A stretch of DNA of 32,000 nt from Candidatus Saccharimonadota bacterium (GTDB lineage: Bacteria > Patescibacteriota > Gracilibacteria > Absconditabacterales > Absconditicoccaceae). Below, in pieces: positions 10,136-21,337 of the stretch (the first letter of the stretch is position 1; the number at the start of each line of letters is the position of its first letter). A program made the translations under genes and the position numbers. The stretch is taken from the NCBI GenBank assembly GCA_000503875.1, contig CP006913.1:780001-812000 (forward strand), in the 5' to 3' direction. The notes under the pieces were generated by a model. That model was not told the DNA's origin. It searched no databases and was given only the letters and a program-made list of their open reading frames with translations.

Positions 10136-11170
10136 TTATAACAGTTCTCAAGATACATTTGTAGCAAACATTTCTTTGGTGTTATACTTATTTTTATTTG
10201 CCAGTAACCACATAATTTTTGTATAAGCCGCCTCGCTTGTCATATTCATTCCTGAAATCACCCCTAAGTTGAGTACGGCTTGTGCTCCTTCATACTTATG
10301 TTCAGCAGGACCTGTATGACACTGTGATTTTAACACAATCACCATACCAGCAGCAATACACATTGCAATTTTATCTTGAAATTCTTTACTGGTAGGCACA
10401 TTTCCATCACCATACCCTTCCAAAACCAATCCTTCAACTTTAGATTGAACCAAATAATCGAAAATACTAAGATCCATTCATGGCACAAGTTTAAGCGGCA
10501 TCACTTTCGCATGAAGGTTTTCAAAAAGTTCTGTTTGTTGCTTTTCTACAATAGCGTTTGATTTACTTACTTGCTCCTTATTAAGGATCAGTTTTTTAGT
10601 CGCTGATCATTCAGCTTGCGTAAATCTCCCAATCAAATCATATTTAGGACTATCAAACGTATCAAAAGCACCAGTATCTTCTTTCTTTGCTTTATTTCAT
10701 TGAATCACTTTATCTCAGAAACAAATCAACACTCCCATCAATTCTGGATTTGTACTCACTTGTATAGCATTTACGAGATTATTAGGTCCATCACTATCCG
10801 CTTCACCAAGTCCTATCATAGATCCGGTCAACACTACTGGTTTTTTAAGTCCTTTAAGAAGAAATGACAACATAGACGATGTATACGCCATAGTGTCTGT
10901 TCCATGAGTAATAAGATATCCACTATACTTTGTAGGATCCTGAGCCTCCATTCTCAAAATATTATTTGCCAACAATTCTCGTTTTTCTGGAGTAAGATCA
11001 GAACTATCAATATTATATACAGATTCTATATCATCTATATTTGCATATGTTTTTAGTATTTGTTTTGTCTTTTGTATCATTGATTCACTATTGTCCTTAA
11101 CCTGTCTTACGTTATTTTCTTCTTCTTGAAACAATGTTCATCATGTAGTAAGTATTTTGACCTTTTTCAT
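10136..11170 (-). CDS. ansA: L-asparaginase, type I (cytoplasmic AnsA-like)
   Basis: ATG 11170 to TAA 10136-10138, gaps codon-walked. 'MKKVKILTTGGT' has both glycines as TGA (11138-11143). Also 'ITHGTDTMAYT', 'VVLTGSM', and a C-terminal 'NVSGELL' comparable to E. coli AnsA 'NLRGELT'. Confidence 0.85.
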
Positions 11171-11280
11171 TGGGAAAATTATGAGAATATAAATAAGATA
11201 TCCATGGGTATACGTTCTGCAGAATTGTCGATCACTTTAGATTTCCCAAAAAAGAAAAAAATTGAACAATCAAAGAAATT

Positions 11281-11859
11281 TTATAAAACATTTAAAATCT
11301 GGCTTAATTCTGATATTTTATCCACAAAAATAGTTCTATATCTGGATGGGATTATCATCACGTTTTCTTTAAAGACTTCTAAATAAAATTCTTTCTTCTC
11401 CTTTCTAAAACGCAGCTGTCTTTCCAACGACAACTCTCCCAGTGTCCTCAAGTTATCCAAGCAATCAAAAAGTTTAATAAACAAAATCCTCCATTCTGCG
11501 TGAATAGAGGATCTAAATTTCAAAAAATAGTCTGATTTTGGCATGGGTACTCTATTTTTATCTAAGTTACTGAGTCAATATACAATCTCAAAAATCTGGT
11601 TTCCAAAAATTCATTGAAATTGTTCGTATACGATATCTGTATCTTCCAAAATATCATGTAACAAAGCCCCGAGAACCAGCTTGGAATCGTTCACTCCACA
11701 AGAAATAAGCTCTTTCATCATCCTAAATGGATGATAATAGCCTGGCTCACCACTCAGCCTCGGTTTGCCTATATATTGCTCCCTGAGAAAGCAAAAAATA
11801 TCAGTTTGATTATTCTGATAGCACATCTGAATCTTTTGGAGACCTAAGACTTCTATCAT
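11281..11859 (-). CDS. HD-domain protein, RelA/SpoT-type (p)ppGpp hydrolase-like (small alarmone hydrolase-like)
   Basis: ATG 11859 to TAA 11281-11283 (192 aa). 'HPFRMMKELISCG...VLGALLHDILEDTD...FGNQIFEIVYGLS' matches the SpoT hydrolase-domain pattern. Confidence 0.7.
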
Positions 11860-12155
11860 GATTTCAACTTTGTTAAAAAATTATCTATAACGGATGGCTC
11901 ATATACAGGCATAGATAAGGATTCTAGAAGATGCACAATTGCTTTACTTAAAGGAATTTTTTTAAAAATAATGTCATGATACAAATTATCATAGATATAC
12001 GTAAAAAACTCATACAGTTTCTTTTGATCTTTTTCCTGCATGAGTTTTTCCTTGATAATGCTGAGGAGGAGCTTATCCATCTCTCACTTTGTGCTATTTT
12101 TGACTCTCTCTACAATTTCTTGTTTATCTAAGTTTTGGCTTACTATCTCCATCAT
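11853..12155 (-). CDS. hypothetical protein (100 aa)
   Basis: ATG 12155 to TAG 11853-11855. The last sense codon is TGA, which overlaps the next gene's ATG as ATGA. I recognise no motif. Confidence 0.5.
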
Positions 12156-12235
12156 TACAACCTAAAAAACTAAAGTCTCTTGACGGAGCCGACTATAGTT
12201 TTGCAAAAATAGAAAAAAACGGAAAAAATAGAGAA

Positions 12236-12255
12236 AATCTATTTTCTAATAGATT
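12236..12255 (-). terminator. hairpin overlapping the stop of the NACHT-HEAT gene
   Basis: AATCTATT-TTCT-AATAGATT (8-bp perfect stem), followed on the minus strand by T-rich sequence (TTCTCTATTTTTTCCGTTTTTTTC). Confidence 0.4.
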
Positions 12256-14470
12256 GAATAAAATTTATATTATCCTTTCATCAAATCTTTCATAAAACTT
12301 CTATAAGCTTATTTATTACATAATAATCTTCATCATCTTTAAATGATTTTATAAATTCTATATTTTCTTTTCATCAAAATTCTCATAATATTTCTATTAC
12401 CACCGCTCTTTTAAAACGATTATCCGTATATTTTAAATTTTTAATCCATTCTATAGTTTCATTATTTATATTTCATCATACAATATTAATTATCATATCT
12501 TTTGTCTCTAAATACTTCTTTTCTAAGAAAGATTTAATAAATTCCATATTTTCTTTTCATCAGATTTTTCATAGGACTTCTATGAGTTTATTTATCACAT
12601 AATCATCTTCATTATCTTCAAATGTTTTAATAAACTCTATATTTTCTTCTCATCAAATCTCTCACAATATTTCTATTACAGCAGCTCTTATAACATGGCT
12701 ATGATTATATTTCAAAGATTTAATAAACTCTATATCTTTTAATCAAATCATTTCAATTATTCTATTCTTTACTTTATAATAGTTTTCTTCTGACAAAGAT
12801 CTAAGAAAATCAACATTTTCTTCTCATCAAATTTTATTCAATGTGTTAATCAAAATTTGCCTTACATTATGATTTTTATCATTTTTAAATAATTTTATAA
12901 AGTTTATATTTTCTTCTCATCAAATTTCTCATAATGTCTCTATTAAAGCCCATCTTACTCAATAAACTCTATCGTTTCTAAAGGATTTAATGAAATTTAT
13001 ATTCTCTTCTCATCAAACCTTTCATAATGTTCTTATTAGAGACTCTCTAACTGCTGAGTCTTTATCATCCTTGAATACTTTAATGAAATTTATATTCTCT
13101 TCTCATCAAATTTTTCATAATGCCTCCACCATTGAAGCTCTCAAGATCTCATCTGCATTATCATTAAATGATTTAATGAAGTTTATATTCTCTTCTCATC
13201 AAATTTCTCATAATAATTGTATTATAGAAGAAGGAATTACTTTAAAAAAATCTCACTGATCCTCAGCCAAGGATCTAATAAAAAGCATATTCTCTTCTCA
13301 TCAAATTTCTCATAAAACATTAATAATTTCAAATATTATTTCTGTATGAAGACTATTACTATAAGATTTGATAAATTCTATATTTTCTTCTCATCAAATT
13401 TTTCATAAATTCTGAATAATTTTAACATTATCATAAGGATTATTAGCTATAGATCTTGCAACTATTAAATTTTCAAGACCTCATATATTACAAAGAGCAT
13501 CAATAACAGCGTCTTTTACTAATGAAGATGTATAGTGTTTAAAAGATTTAATCAAATCAATATTTTCTTCTCATCAAATTTTTCATAATACTTTTATCAA
13601 AGGAACTCTTACACGAGGATCCTCATCATTTTTAAATGATTTAATAATGGTTATATTTTCTTCTCATCAAATTTCTCATAATGTCTCTATTAAAGAAGCC
13701 CTGACATGGCAATTTTTATCGTCTTTAAACAATTTAATAAATTTTATATTTTTTTTTCATCAAACTTCTCACAATGTCTCTATTAAAGAACATTTCACAT
13801 AGCGATTGGTATCATTTTTAAATGATTTAATGAACTTTATGTTCTCTTCTCATCAAATTCGTCATAATACTTGTATCAAAGAAGACCTGACATGACAGTT
13901 TTTGTCGTCTTTAAATGATTTAATAAATTCTATATTTTCTTCTCATCAAATTTTTCATAATCATTCAATAACAGAAATTCTTAATTCACAATTTTTCGCT
14001 TTTTTAAATGATTTAATAAATTCTATATTTTCTTCTCATCAAACATTCGATATAATTTGAATTATTTTCTTAATTGCTGAGTAATCAATATCTTCTTTGT
14101 TATAATTAGAAGCTAAGTGACCTATCCTTTTATCGTTTAAATGATTTTTTATGCCATCTAAACGATTTTTCATATCATTTAAAATAAAACTCAAAGAGGG
14201 ATTCTTATAATGTAATGATTTGATAAATTTTATATTTTCTTCTCATCAAATTTGTCATAAAATCTCAATCACAGCATGTCTTACATCAGCAAAAGGATCA
14301 TTCACAAAAGATTTAATAAAATCCACATTTTCTTGTCATCAAATTTTTCACAACGAATTTAATAAAGATAATTTCAAAGAAAGATTTTCTTTATCTTTAA
14401 GAGATTTAATGAATTCTATAGTTTCTTCTCATCAAATTTCTCCCAAAATCGTTACTAAAGAACTCAATTT
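12239..14470 (-). repeat. coding tandem repeat: about 23 HEAT-like units, 93-nt (31-aa) period
   Basis: The plus-strand core 'ttcttctcatcaaattt' recurs, for example at 12278, 12371, 12473, 12557 and 12650. Spacings are 84-102 nt, mostly 93. The translated consensus is xVRxxLIExLGxIGGEENIxFIKSFKxDxN. Confidence 0.85.
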
Positions 14471-17188
14471 TTGATAATCATCTCTTATTATAGATTTTAA
14501 AAAATCTATATATCACTGTTCTTTAAGAAACAAAGCATTTTCTATCAAATCATCTAGTAATTTAGAATCAAAAGAAATACTAGAGGTATATTTTTCAAAC
14601 AGAGAGACATCTAAAGAATATAACATATATATTATTTTATCTTTTATATTTCCATAAAAGTTTCTATTTTCATAAATATAATCTAAAAAAGTTTTTTTCA
14701 ATCCAGAATTTTCTTTTTTATTTAAAATATCTATTAAAAATTTCAATGTCCAGTTATTAACTAGCTCCAATTTATTAAAAACGACATCTTCTAAATATAA
14801 TTCTACTTCTTTGTTTATTTTTATTGATAGCTGGTTAACAAATTCTTTTGCTGCAAAATATTCTTTGAAACTTTGATGAACAAAATCGTATTCTTTATTT
14901 TCATTTTTTCTGAATATCAAGTTCAAACAAGCATCATCAGAAATTATTCAAGGATAATCTCTTTTAATATTATTAAATTGTTGTTCATCTATATTTATTC
15001 ATTCAAAAATAGATTTATACGCTAATTTTCATAAAAAATCCTTTCTTTTATCTATTATATTTTCCATTTCATTTTGTCATTCGAAAGAATTTGGATTATT
15101 AACAGAAATTTTTCTTTTACCTTGTTTATTATTTTCTCGATTTAATAGCCTTAAATCAATAATTCTTTCATATAAATCAGAAATAGTAGATATTTTCTCA
15201 ATATCTTCTCATGTATCTATCAAAAAGCATATCATACTCAAAATAAGAGGATTTTTCTCTATTCCATTTAACCATTGATTTTTCAAGAAAAGATTGAAAT
15301 TATCTAATTTTTTATCTCAATTTTCTTTATTGGCAAAATATTTTTTCACATATCAATCTATATCTTGAATTTCTTTAAGTTGTATTATATTTATTTTTTC
15401 TAAAACTTTATTTCGATCTTCATTTTTATCCTGATTTCATTTAGGAAGATATCATTTTCTGCTAGTAATAACAATTTTCCCAGAAAATTTTACTAAATGT
15501 TCAAACAAAGATTTTATTTCATATTCACTTAATAAACTCTCATCCAAAGAATCTAGTATTAATGTTTTTTCTAAATCATTATCTTTTTTATCAAAATAAT
15601 TTAATTCTATTTGTTTTATTTTAGACAATACATCAGTTGCTTTTCCAATTCAAGATAAACTTAAAAATATAGGAAAATAAGCATCACTTCAAATCATAAA
15701 ATCAACATTCTTAATATCTTCGTTAATTTTACTTAATAGAAATGATTTTCAACTTCAAGCATCTGCTTCTATATATTGAATTTTATCCCATACAAAGACA
15801 GAACGGTTTGAAATATGTCTTGAAGGAAAATCGATAGATATTCTTGTTCGAAAATCATCAGCTTCTAATTGCTTATTTCTCTCATCTATTCTTTTAGGAT
15901 ATTCTAAAAAGTCCTTTAAATATCTATCATCTCAATCAAAATTAAATTCTGGTTCTATATCTTCTCAATTAACAATTCTCATATCCAAAGATTTACTTCT
16001 TATCTCCTCCACAAGAGAATATATATTTTCATAATAATTCATTATCAACAAAAAATCTTTATTAGATTTGGCTTTATCACGAATATAACAAATAAGATTA
16101 TCTGGAAGGGTTAATTCATATTTTTTTCTAAGAGAAAATAATTCTTTAATAAAAAATTCATAAATTTTTATGTCTGGGTTGTTAGTCATAATCAAATCAA
16201 AAATTGTTTTTAACTGACTTTCTTGGTTTTGGATAAGATCTTTTGTGTTTTTTCTTACAATATCAATCTCTAGATTTCCAACCAAATTTGCCAAACAAAA
16301 AAGAGTAAGATCAATATTTCAAACCGTTAAATATTTTTCATATAATTTTGGATTTTGTTTAAAATAGGTATTTATGATATTTTGAAGTTCAAAAAGATTC
16401 AACTCTTTCTTAAAAAAAGATTCGATATATTTTCTCAAAACCTCCTCTTTTCTAAAAACACTAAAAATTTCAGCTATATTTTGGTAATTCAAGCATAATA
16501 CATCACTTTCTTTTTCATAATTTACATACTCATTATTTTTATTAATATCAAATTGCCAAATATCTCATGTATTTATTTTGTTTTTACATAATTCTATTGT
16601 TTGTCATTCTTTTTTTGTAACCTCAGAAATTCATGCATTAGATTTATGGCCTAATAATACTATATTTTTATATTTATTATAGTCTAATTTATTTTCTCAT
16701 GTAAAAGATTTTAATATTTCATTATTCGTTAATTGGAGAATATTATAAAATTGTTCTACTCTAGTAAACAATCGTCAATCCTTTATCACAATATTTCAAT
16801 CAGGTAATTGGACTTTTTCTGAAGTATCTAGTGCATGATGTTGTTTTAAAACTCATATTTCATTTTTTTTAAGTATATTTACACTTCTAACAATTCTATT
16901 TATTGGCTTTTTTTGATTTTTTCCAGAAGAATATAAAATCAAAGTATCTTCTTTGTTACATCACATTTTTTTGAGTTTAGCAGATACCTGCTCCATTTGC
17001 GCCTCTCCCATACTATGTAAATCTGCATTTCATAATTGTTTACTGTCCTTTCATCTATTTGCCTCATCTACACTTATTCCATGTCTAACAAAAAAAATTC
17101 TACAAAGTACATCTTGTGTATGGTTTTGAATATTTTCAAGAACATTCTGTTGATTTAAAGAGTCTCCTTTTGATAGTTTATTTACCAT
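12239..17188 (-). CDS. 1649-aa STAND protein: N-terminal histidine-phosphatase (SixA/PGAM-like) domain, helical linker, NACHT NTPase, about 23 HEAT (PBS-lyase type) repeats
   Basis: ATG 17188 to TAG 12239-12241. Every triplet of the frame was read and there is no TAA/TAG. Phosphatase motifs: 'RIFFVRHGIS' (17078-17086 = RHG) and 'IVLLGHKSNAG'. NACHT motifs: Walker A 'EADAGSGKSFLLS' (both G = TGA, 15749-15757), Walker B 'LILDSLDE' (15539-15562), 'KIVITSR', 'NPLILSMIC'. C-terminal repeats are 'LGxIGGEENIxFIKSFK'. Confidence 0.85.
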
Positions 17189-17266
17189 AAAAAATAATCA
17201 CCGATAAAATATCGATAGATATTATATACAAAAGACACAAAAAGTCAATTTATTTATAGAAATATA

Positions 17267-19021
17267 TTATATTTTCTTAACAATAGATAATTTTATAATA
17301 CTTGGATTAAGTTTCATATAAAAATCATAGATACTACCTTTACAAATCAAAGGAAAGTTTTCACCAGTTTCTTTTTCAATAAGAGATATCAAAGGAAGAA
17401 CTATTTTCCCCAACATTTCATTTTTATTTTTACTATAACTAGATACTTCAAATGCTTTATTTTCCAAGTCTTGTCATATATTTTCCATAAGTTTATACAA
17501 AATATTGATGGTCGTTGTTTGAGAACAAAGATCAGTAGATGTTAATTTTTTTCCATTGAGATACATTTTATTATGTATCATATCCAACAATAAACCTTGT
17601 GTGTGATTAGCGAGAATTTCATTATAATTCGATATAAAATTTTTTCATTGATTATCTTTATAATATACTTGATCTTTTTGTATATATTCAGAAAATATTC
17701 AGTTATGTATCCATTGATCAATTTTTATCCCATCAGCAGAAACACCATCAATCCAAGAAGCGTATTCTAATGCTATATCTGAATATCAAATTTCTTTCAT
17801 CTTTTGTATCACTTGAAGTATAGTGTCTCTACTTTTATTAAATTTACTTATAAAAACAAAGCTTCCTCAAATTTTAAGAAAATTTATTGGATATATAGCC
17901 AACAATTCGTTATCAATCTTTTTAAAAACATTAAAATAAAATTCAAAACTATTTGTCATATGGTTGTTCCCTTCGACCATATTAGATATATAATTATTCT
18001 CTTTTTGTGTTTGTATAAATTCATCAATAGATTGTTCATCAAAAATTTTTTCTAATATTTTTTTGAAACAAGAAAGTGTTTTAAAATTATAAAGGAATGA
18101 TAAATCTTTAAATATTTGTTTAAAACCCACATTAAAAATATTTTTAAATGGAAATTGTTTAATAATTTTTATTCATTTATTGGTTAACAATTCTTCAGCA
18201 ACCTTTTCTAAATTTTCTAATTCATGTTCATAATTACGTGATTGATGCTGTATATGTTCTACTTTATTGCTTATTCATGAAAAAACTATTCCATAATCAA
18301 GATTTAATTCATCTATATTATTTATTATTCAAAAAAAATCCTTTATCTTATAATTATATATTTTATTATCAGATAATACTGTTGGTTCTTCACTAAATGT
18401 TATTGTTGGAAGTTGTGTATTCATCATAGCAGAATAACAATTATTGCCGACAGAATTTCAATATTTAGATATTTTTTCTATTTCTAATCATAAAGCAAAA
18501 ATTTCATTAAATTCTTTACTTTGAATAAATTCGTCATAATTTTTAAAGAAATCATTAGGTATTTTCTTTAATATAACATATATTCAGGTAGCAATTAAAG
18601 AAGCCATCGTTCAAGAAAAAGCAAGACCGTGTCATCTTGGTGTTTCAGACAAAAGATTGATAGATATTCATTTATCATATCAGTTTTTTTCCAAAAAATC
18701 CAATAAAAATTCTTTTATTTTATGTTCTTGTCTATTTATATCAGCAAAATTAGTTTTATTAAATTTCTTTTCTAAAATATCAAAAAAAAAGGTATCTTCA
18801 AACTTTATTGTTTTTTCGCTTATTACATTAATTCAACAGAATGTTTTTGTGGGTATTTTTTTTCTTATATGAAGTTTATCCTTATTCTCTCAGAAACCTA
18901 AATTCCAAGCAAAACAATGATTTGCGCTTACCACCAAATCATTCTTAGCAAAAAATTTCTCATATTCAGATGCAAAATGTTTTTGTAGGGATTTGGTATT
19001 CATAGGAATTCTTTCTTCCAT
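17267..19021 (-). CDS. GHMP-kinase-like protein with a C-terminal OmpR/PhoB-type winged-helix-like domain (584 aa)
   Basis: ATG 19021 to TAA 17267-17269, every triplet checked. GHMP motif II-like 'LSETPRGHGLAFSGTMASLIATG' (18584-18652), and a later 'KIGGSFVFIS'. The C-terminus 'LLLDMIHNKMYLNGKKLTSTD...NEMLGKIVLPLISLIEKETGENFPLICKGSIYDFYMKL' follows the Trans_reg_C pattern. Confidence 0.65.
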
Positions 19022-19076
19022 AGCATATACTTAAGTATAAATGTCCAACTTATAACCATTACTACAAAAATATCAA

Positions 19077-19364
19077 TTAGATTCAGACTGTTTTTAACGT
19101 ATTATCCTGTTCTTCCAAAGCCAACTTTTTCTCTTCAATATCCAATTCCAAAATAGTTATTAATTCATCAACAGTTGTTCCTCTAAAGGATTTATGTTGA
19201 TTTTTTGCATAATAATTAGCCAAAGCTTCAGATAAATCTGAAGTTAAAGAAATAAAAATTCATTGACCATAAATTTTTGTGGTTCAAGCAATCTTTTCTA
19301 TAGCCTTAAGCTGCTGTAATTCTTCAATAACTTTTTCTATATCAATTATTTTTCTATGAAGCAT
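19077..19364 (-). CDS. small ribbon-helix-helix (CopG/MetJ-like) protein, 95 aa
   Basis: ATG 19364 to TAA 19077-19079, checked. 'GIFISLTSDLSEALANYYAKNQHKSFRGTTVDELITILELD' has a strand-helix-helix pattern. It is the first gene of the operon, 55 nt upstream of the GHMP-like gene. Confidence 0.55.
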
Positions 19365-19514
19365 AATTTCCAAAATAAGATAAATTTCTACAAAAATCTA
19401 TTAATTAGTAAATCAAAAACAAGACAAATTATTATAAATATAAAAAACACAATAGCAATTTAAAATAGAAAAGTATTATTCAAAGTCAATATAAAAAAAA
19501 CAAAAATAAAGTAG

Positions 19515-19542
19515 TTGATATCTAGTAAAAAAGTAATATAAA
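19515..19542 (+). promoter_or_regulatory. possible sigma70-type promoter for the HD-domain gene
   Basis: TTGATA (19515-19520), a 16-nt spacer, then TATAAA (19537-19542), about 30 nt before ATG 19572. Such matches are frequent in AT-rich DNA. Confidence 0.25.
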
Positions 19543-19571
19543 ATTTATTATTTACTTATTAATATTATATC

Positions 19572-20501
19572 ATGGAAATAAAAAAAGCTCCTATTTATGA
19601 TAATAATAAGAATATCTTCCAATGCATAAAATATTCAAAAGCAAAAGAAATCGTAACTGCTTTAAAAAGAACTCCTCGCCGAGACGTATATGCTAACCAA
19701 GAAAAAGTCAAAATTTATAGTACGCTTACCAAAAGATTTTTTTGATGAAATATAGAAAATAGAGAAGAATTAAGTCAATTTGTAGACGAAACGCTTGCAG
19801 ATCTCAACGACGTTAAACGAGAATCTCATACCAATGAAAAAGGATTTCTCAAAGGAACTTTGGATGAAGATGGAAATACGTGGCATCATACAAAAGGACA
19901 AAGAAAAATAGGACAAACTTTCGGAAAAATAGATATGGAAGAATGAAAATTTTCAGAAAAAGATTATGAGCTATTGTTGGCTGCATTTGATTTTCATGAC
20001 ATTTGAGAATGACCTAGATGAGACGTAGTATATGACCACAAAAACAACAATAACGAATTATTCGAAAGAAAATGTGGTGAGATAGTAATAGATAATTTAA
20101 TAAAAGATGAATGGAAAACAGAAGACAATAATAAATATATAAATGAAGCTTACGACATTAATTTTAATAAAGATCATCATCTTCATCCTTTTTTTAAAAC
20201 ATATGAAATTTTTTCTTATATAAAATGAGCTATGATTGCGACTCATAACGACGAAATCGATTATCCACATCGATTAGTTCATAATGTACTTATCAATCAG
20301 ATCAAGAAGTTACCTGAATTAAAAACAATGATCCCAAGCGCAAAGTTTTTTATAAAAGAATATGCTACAGAAATTGATTGATTATTTACTTTTGTCGAAC
20401 AATCCGATTTCTTTGAAAATGGAATTCCTGAGGGAAAATCCAAAGAAGAATACATAGATTTATTTATAAAAGCGAAATCTATTCGAGAAACAGTAAAATA
20501 A
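19572..20501 (+). CDS. HD-domain phosphohydrolase-like protein (309 aa)
   Basis: ATG 19572 to TAA 20499-20501, every codon checked, several TGA=Gly. It has 'LLLAAFDFHDIGEGPRGDVVYD' (H...HD motif) and later 'DHHLHPFF'. It is divergent from the RHH operon. Confidence 0.65.
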
Positions 20502-20506
20502 AAAAA

Positions 20507-20533
20507 GACCAGCAGATAATCTGCTGGTTTTTC
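20507..20533. terminator. bidirectional intrinsic terminator between the HD gene and xth
   Basis: GACCAGCAG-ATAAT-CTGCTGGT(T), flanked by AAAAAA on the left and TTTTCTT on the right. Confidence 0.6.
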
Positions 20534-21322
20534 TTATATATTCATTTCCAATACAATCGGACAATGATCGCTTCCCATAACATCATCCTGATGGGCAACA
20601 CGAGTAACCAAAGGAACCACATCCTCAGATACCCAGAAATAATCTAATCTCCGTCAAACATTTCTTGGTCTAGCTCCTGCTCTATAACTTCGCCACGTAT
20701 ATTTATCTTTGAGTTCTGGATTGAAACGACGAAAAAGATCTACATAACCATGAGCAACCATTTTATCCATTTCTGCTCTTTCTATAGGCAAAAATCAGAT
20801 TGAATTTTCATTTTCTTTTGGTCTTGCTATATCTATTTCATGATGACAAATATTGAAATCTCACGTAGTAATAATTTTTTTTCATTGAGCGCGTAAATCA
20901 TCAATATATTTCAAAAACCTCTCGTAAAATCATAATTTATACGATAGCATCTCAGTTCCATCAGCTCTTTCTCATCAATTAGGAAAATATATATTCAACA
21001 AAACAAAATCTGAAAATTGGATTTCTACTACTCTTCCATCTTCATGAAAATGTTCCACTTCAACAAAGGTAGATTTCATTTGATGGACATTCAAACTTTT
21101 TTTCCAAAAGGTAGCTACTCCAGAATATCCTGGTCTTTGGCCAGCGTGCCAGATGTACTGATATTCTTGCAAAAAAAACCTCAACTCAGCGGGTATTTGT
21201 GTCTCAAATGCTTTTACTTCTTGTAAACACAAAACATCTGGTGATTCTTTTTTTATCCATTCCAAAAGCCCTTTTTGTAACACTGCACGAATACCATTTA
21301 CATTCCAAGAACAAATTTTCAT
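20534..21322 (-). CDS. xth: exodeoxyribonuclease III
   Basis: ATG 21322 to TAA 20534-20536 (262 aa). It has '[12 protein letters not shown]', 'LCLQEVK', 'NIYFPNG' and a C-terminal '[11 protein letters not shown]'. Confidence 0.9.
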
Positions 21323-21337
21323 TCTCTCAAAATAAGA

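Noticed and set aside
12990-14474. Plus-strand ORFs 12990..13259 and 14220..14474 with the repeated peptide 'KFIFSSHQIFHN'.
   Set aside because: They are antisense shadows of the HEAT repeats, and the repetition simply mirrors the minus-strand repeat.
12239-14520. The 93-nt periodic repeat (conserved core of about 35 nt plus a variable part of about 58 nt) looks like a CRISPR array or minisatellite.
   Set aside because: It lies inside a continuous code-25 ORF and translates to HEAT repeats. The repeat cores are imperfect, the variable parts are also homologous at protein level, and there are no cas genes.
17198-17225. The 8-bp palindrome TATCGATA between the GHMP-like and NACHT genes, considered as a possible RHH operator.
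   Set aside because: A single short palindrome in AT-rich DNA is expected by chance, and no second copy occurs in the 19365-19571 promoter region.
17804-18872. Plus-strand ORFs 17804..18055 and 18657..18872.
   Set aside because: They are antisense to the GHMP-like gene, whose frame is continuous and motif-bearing.
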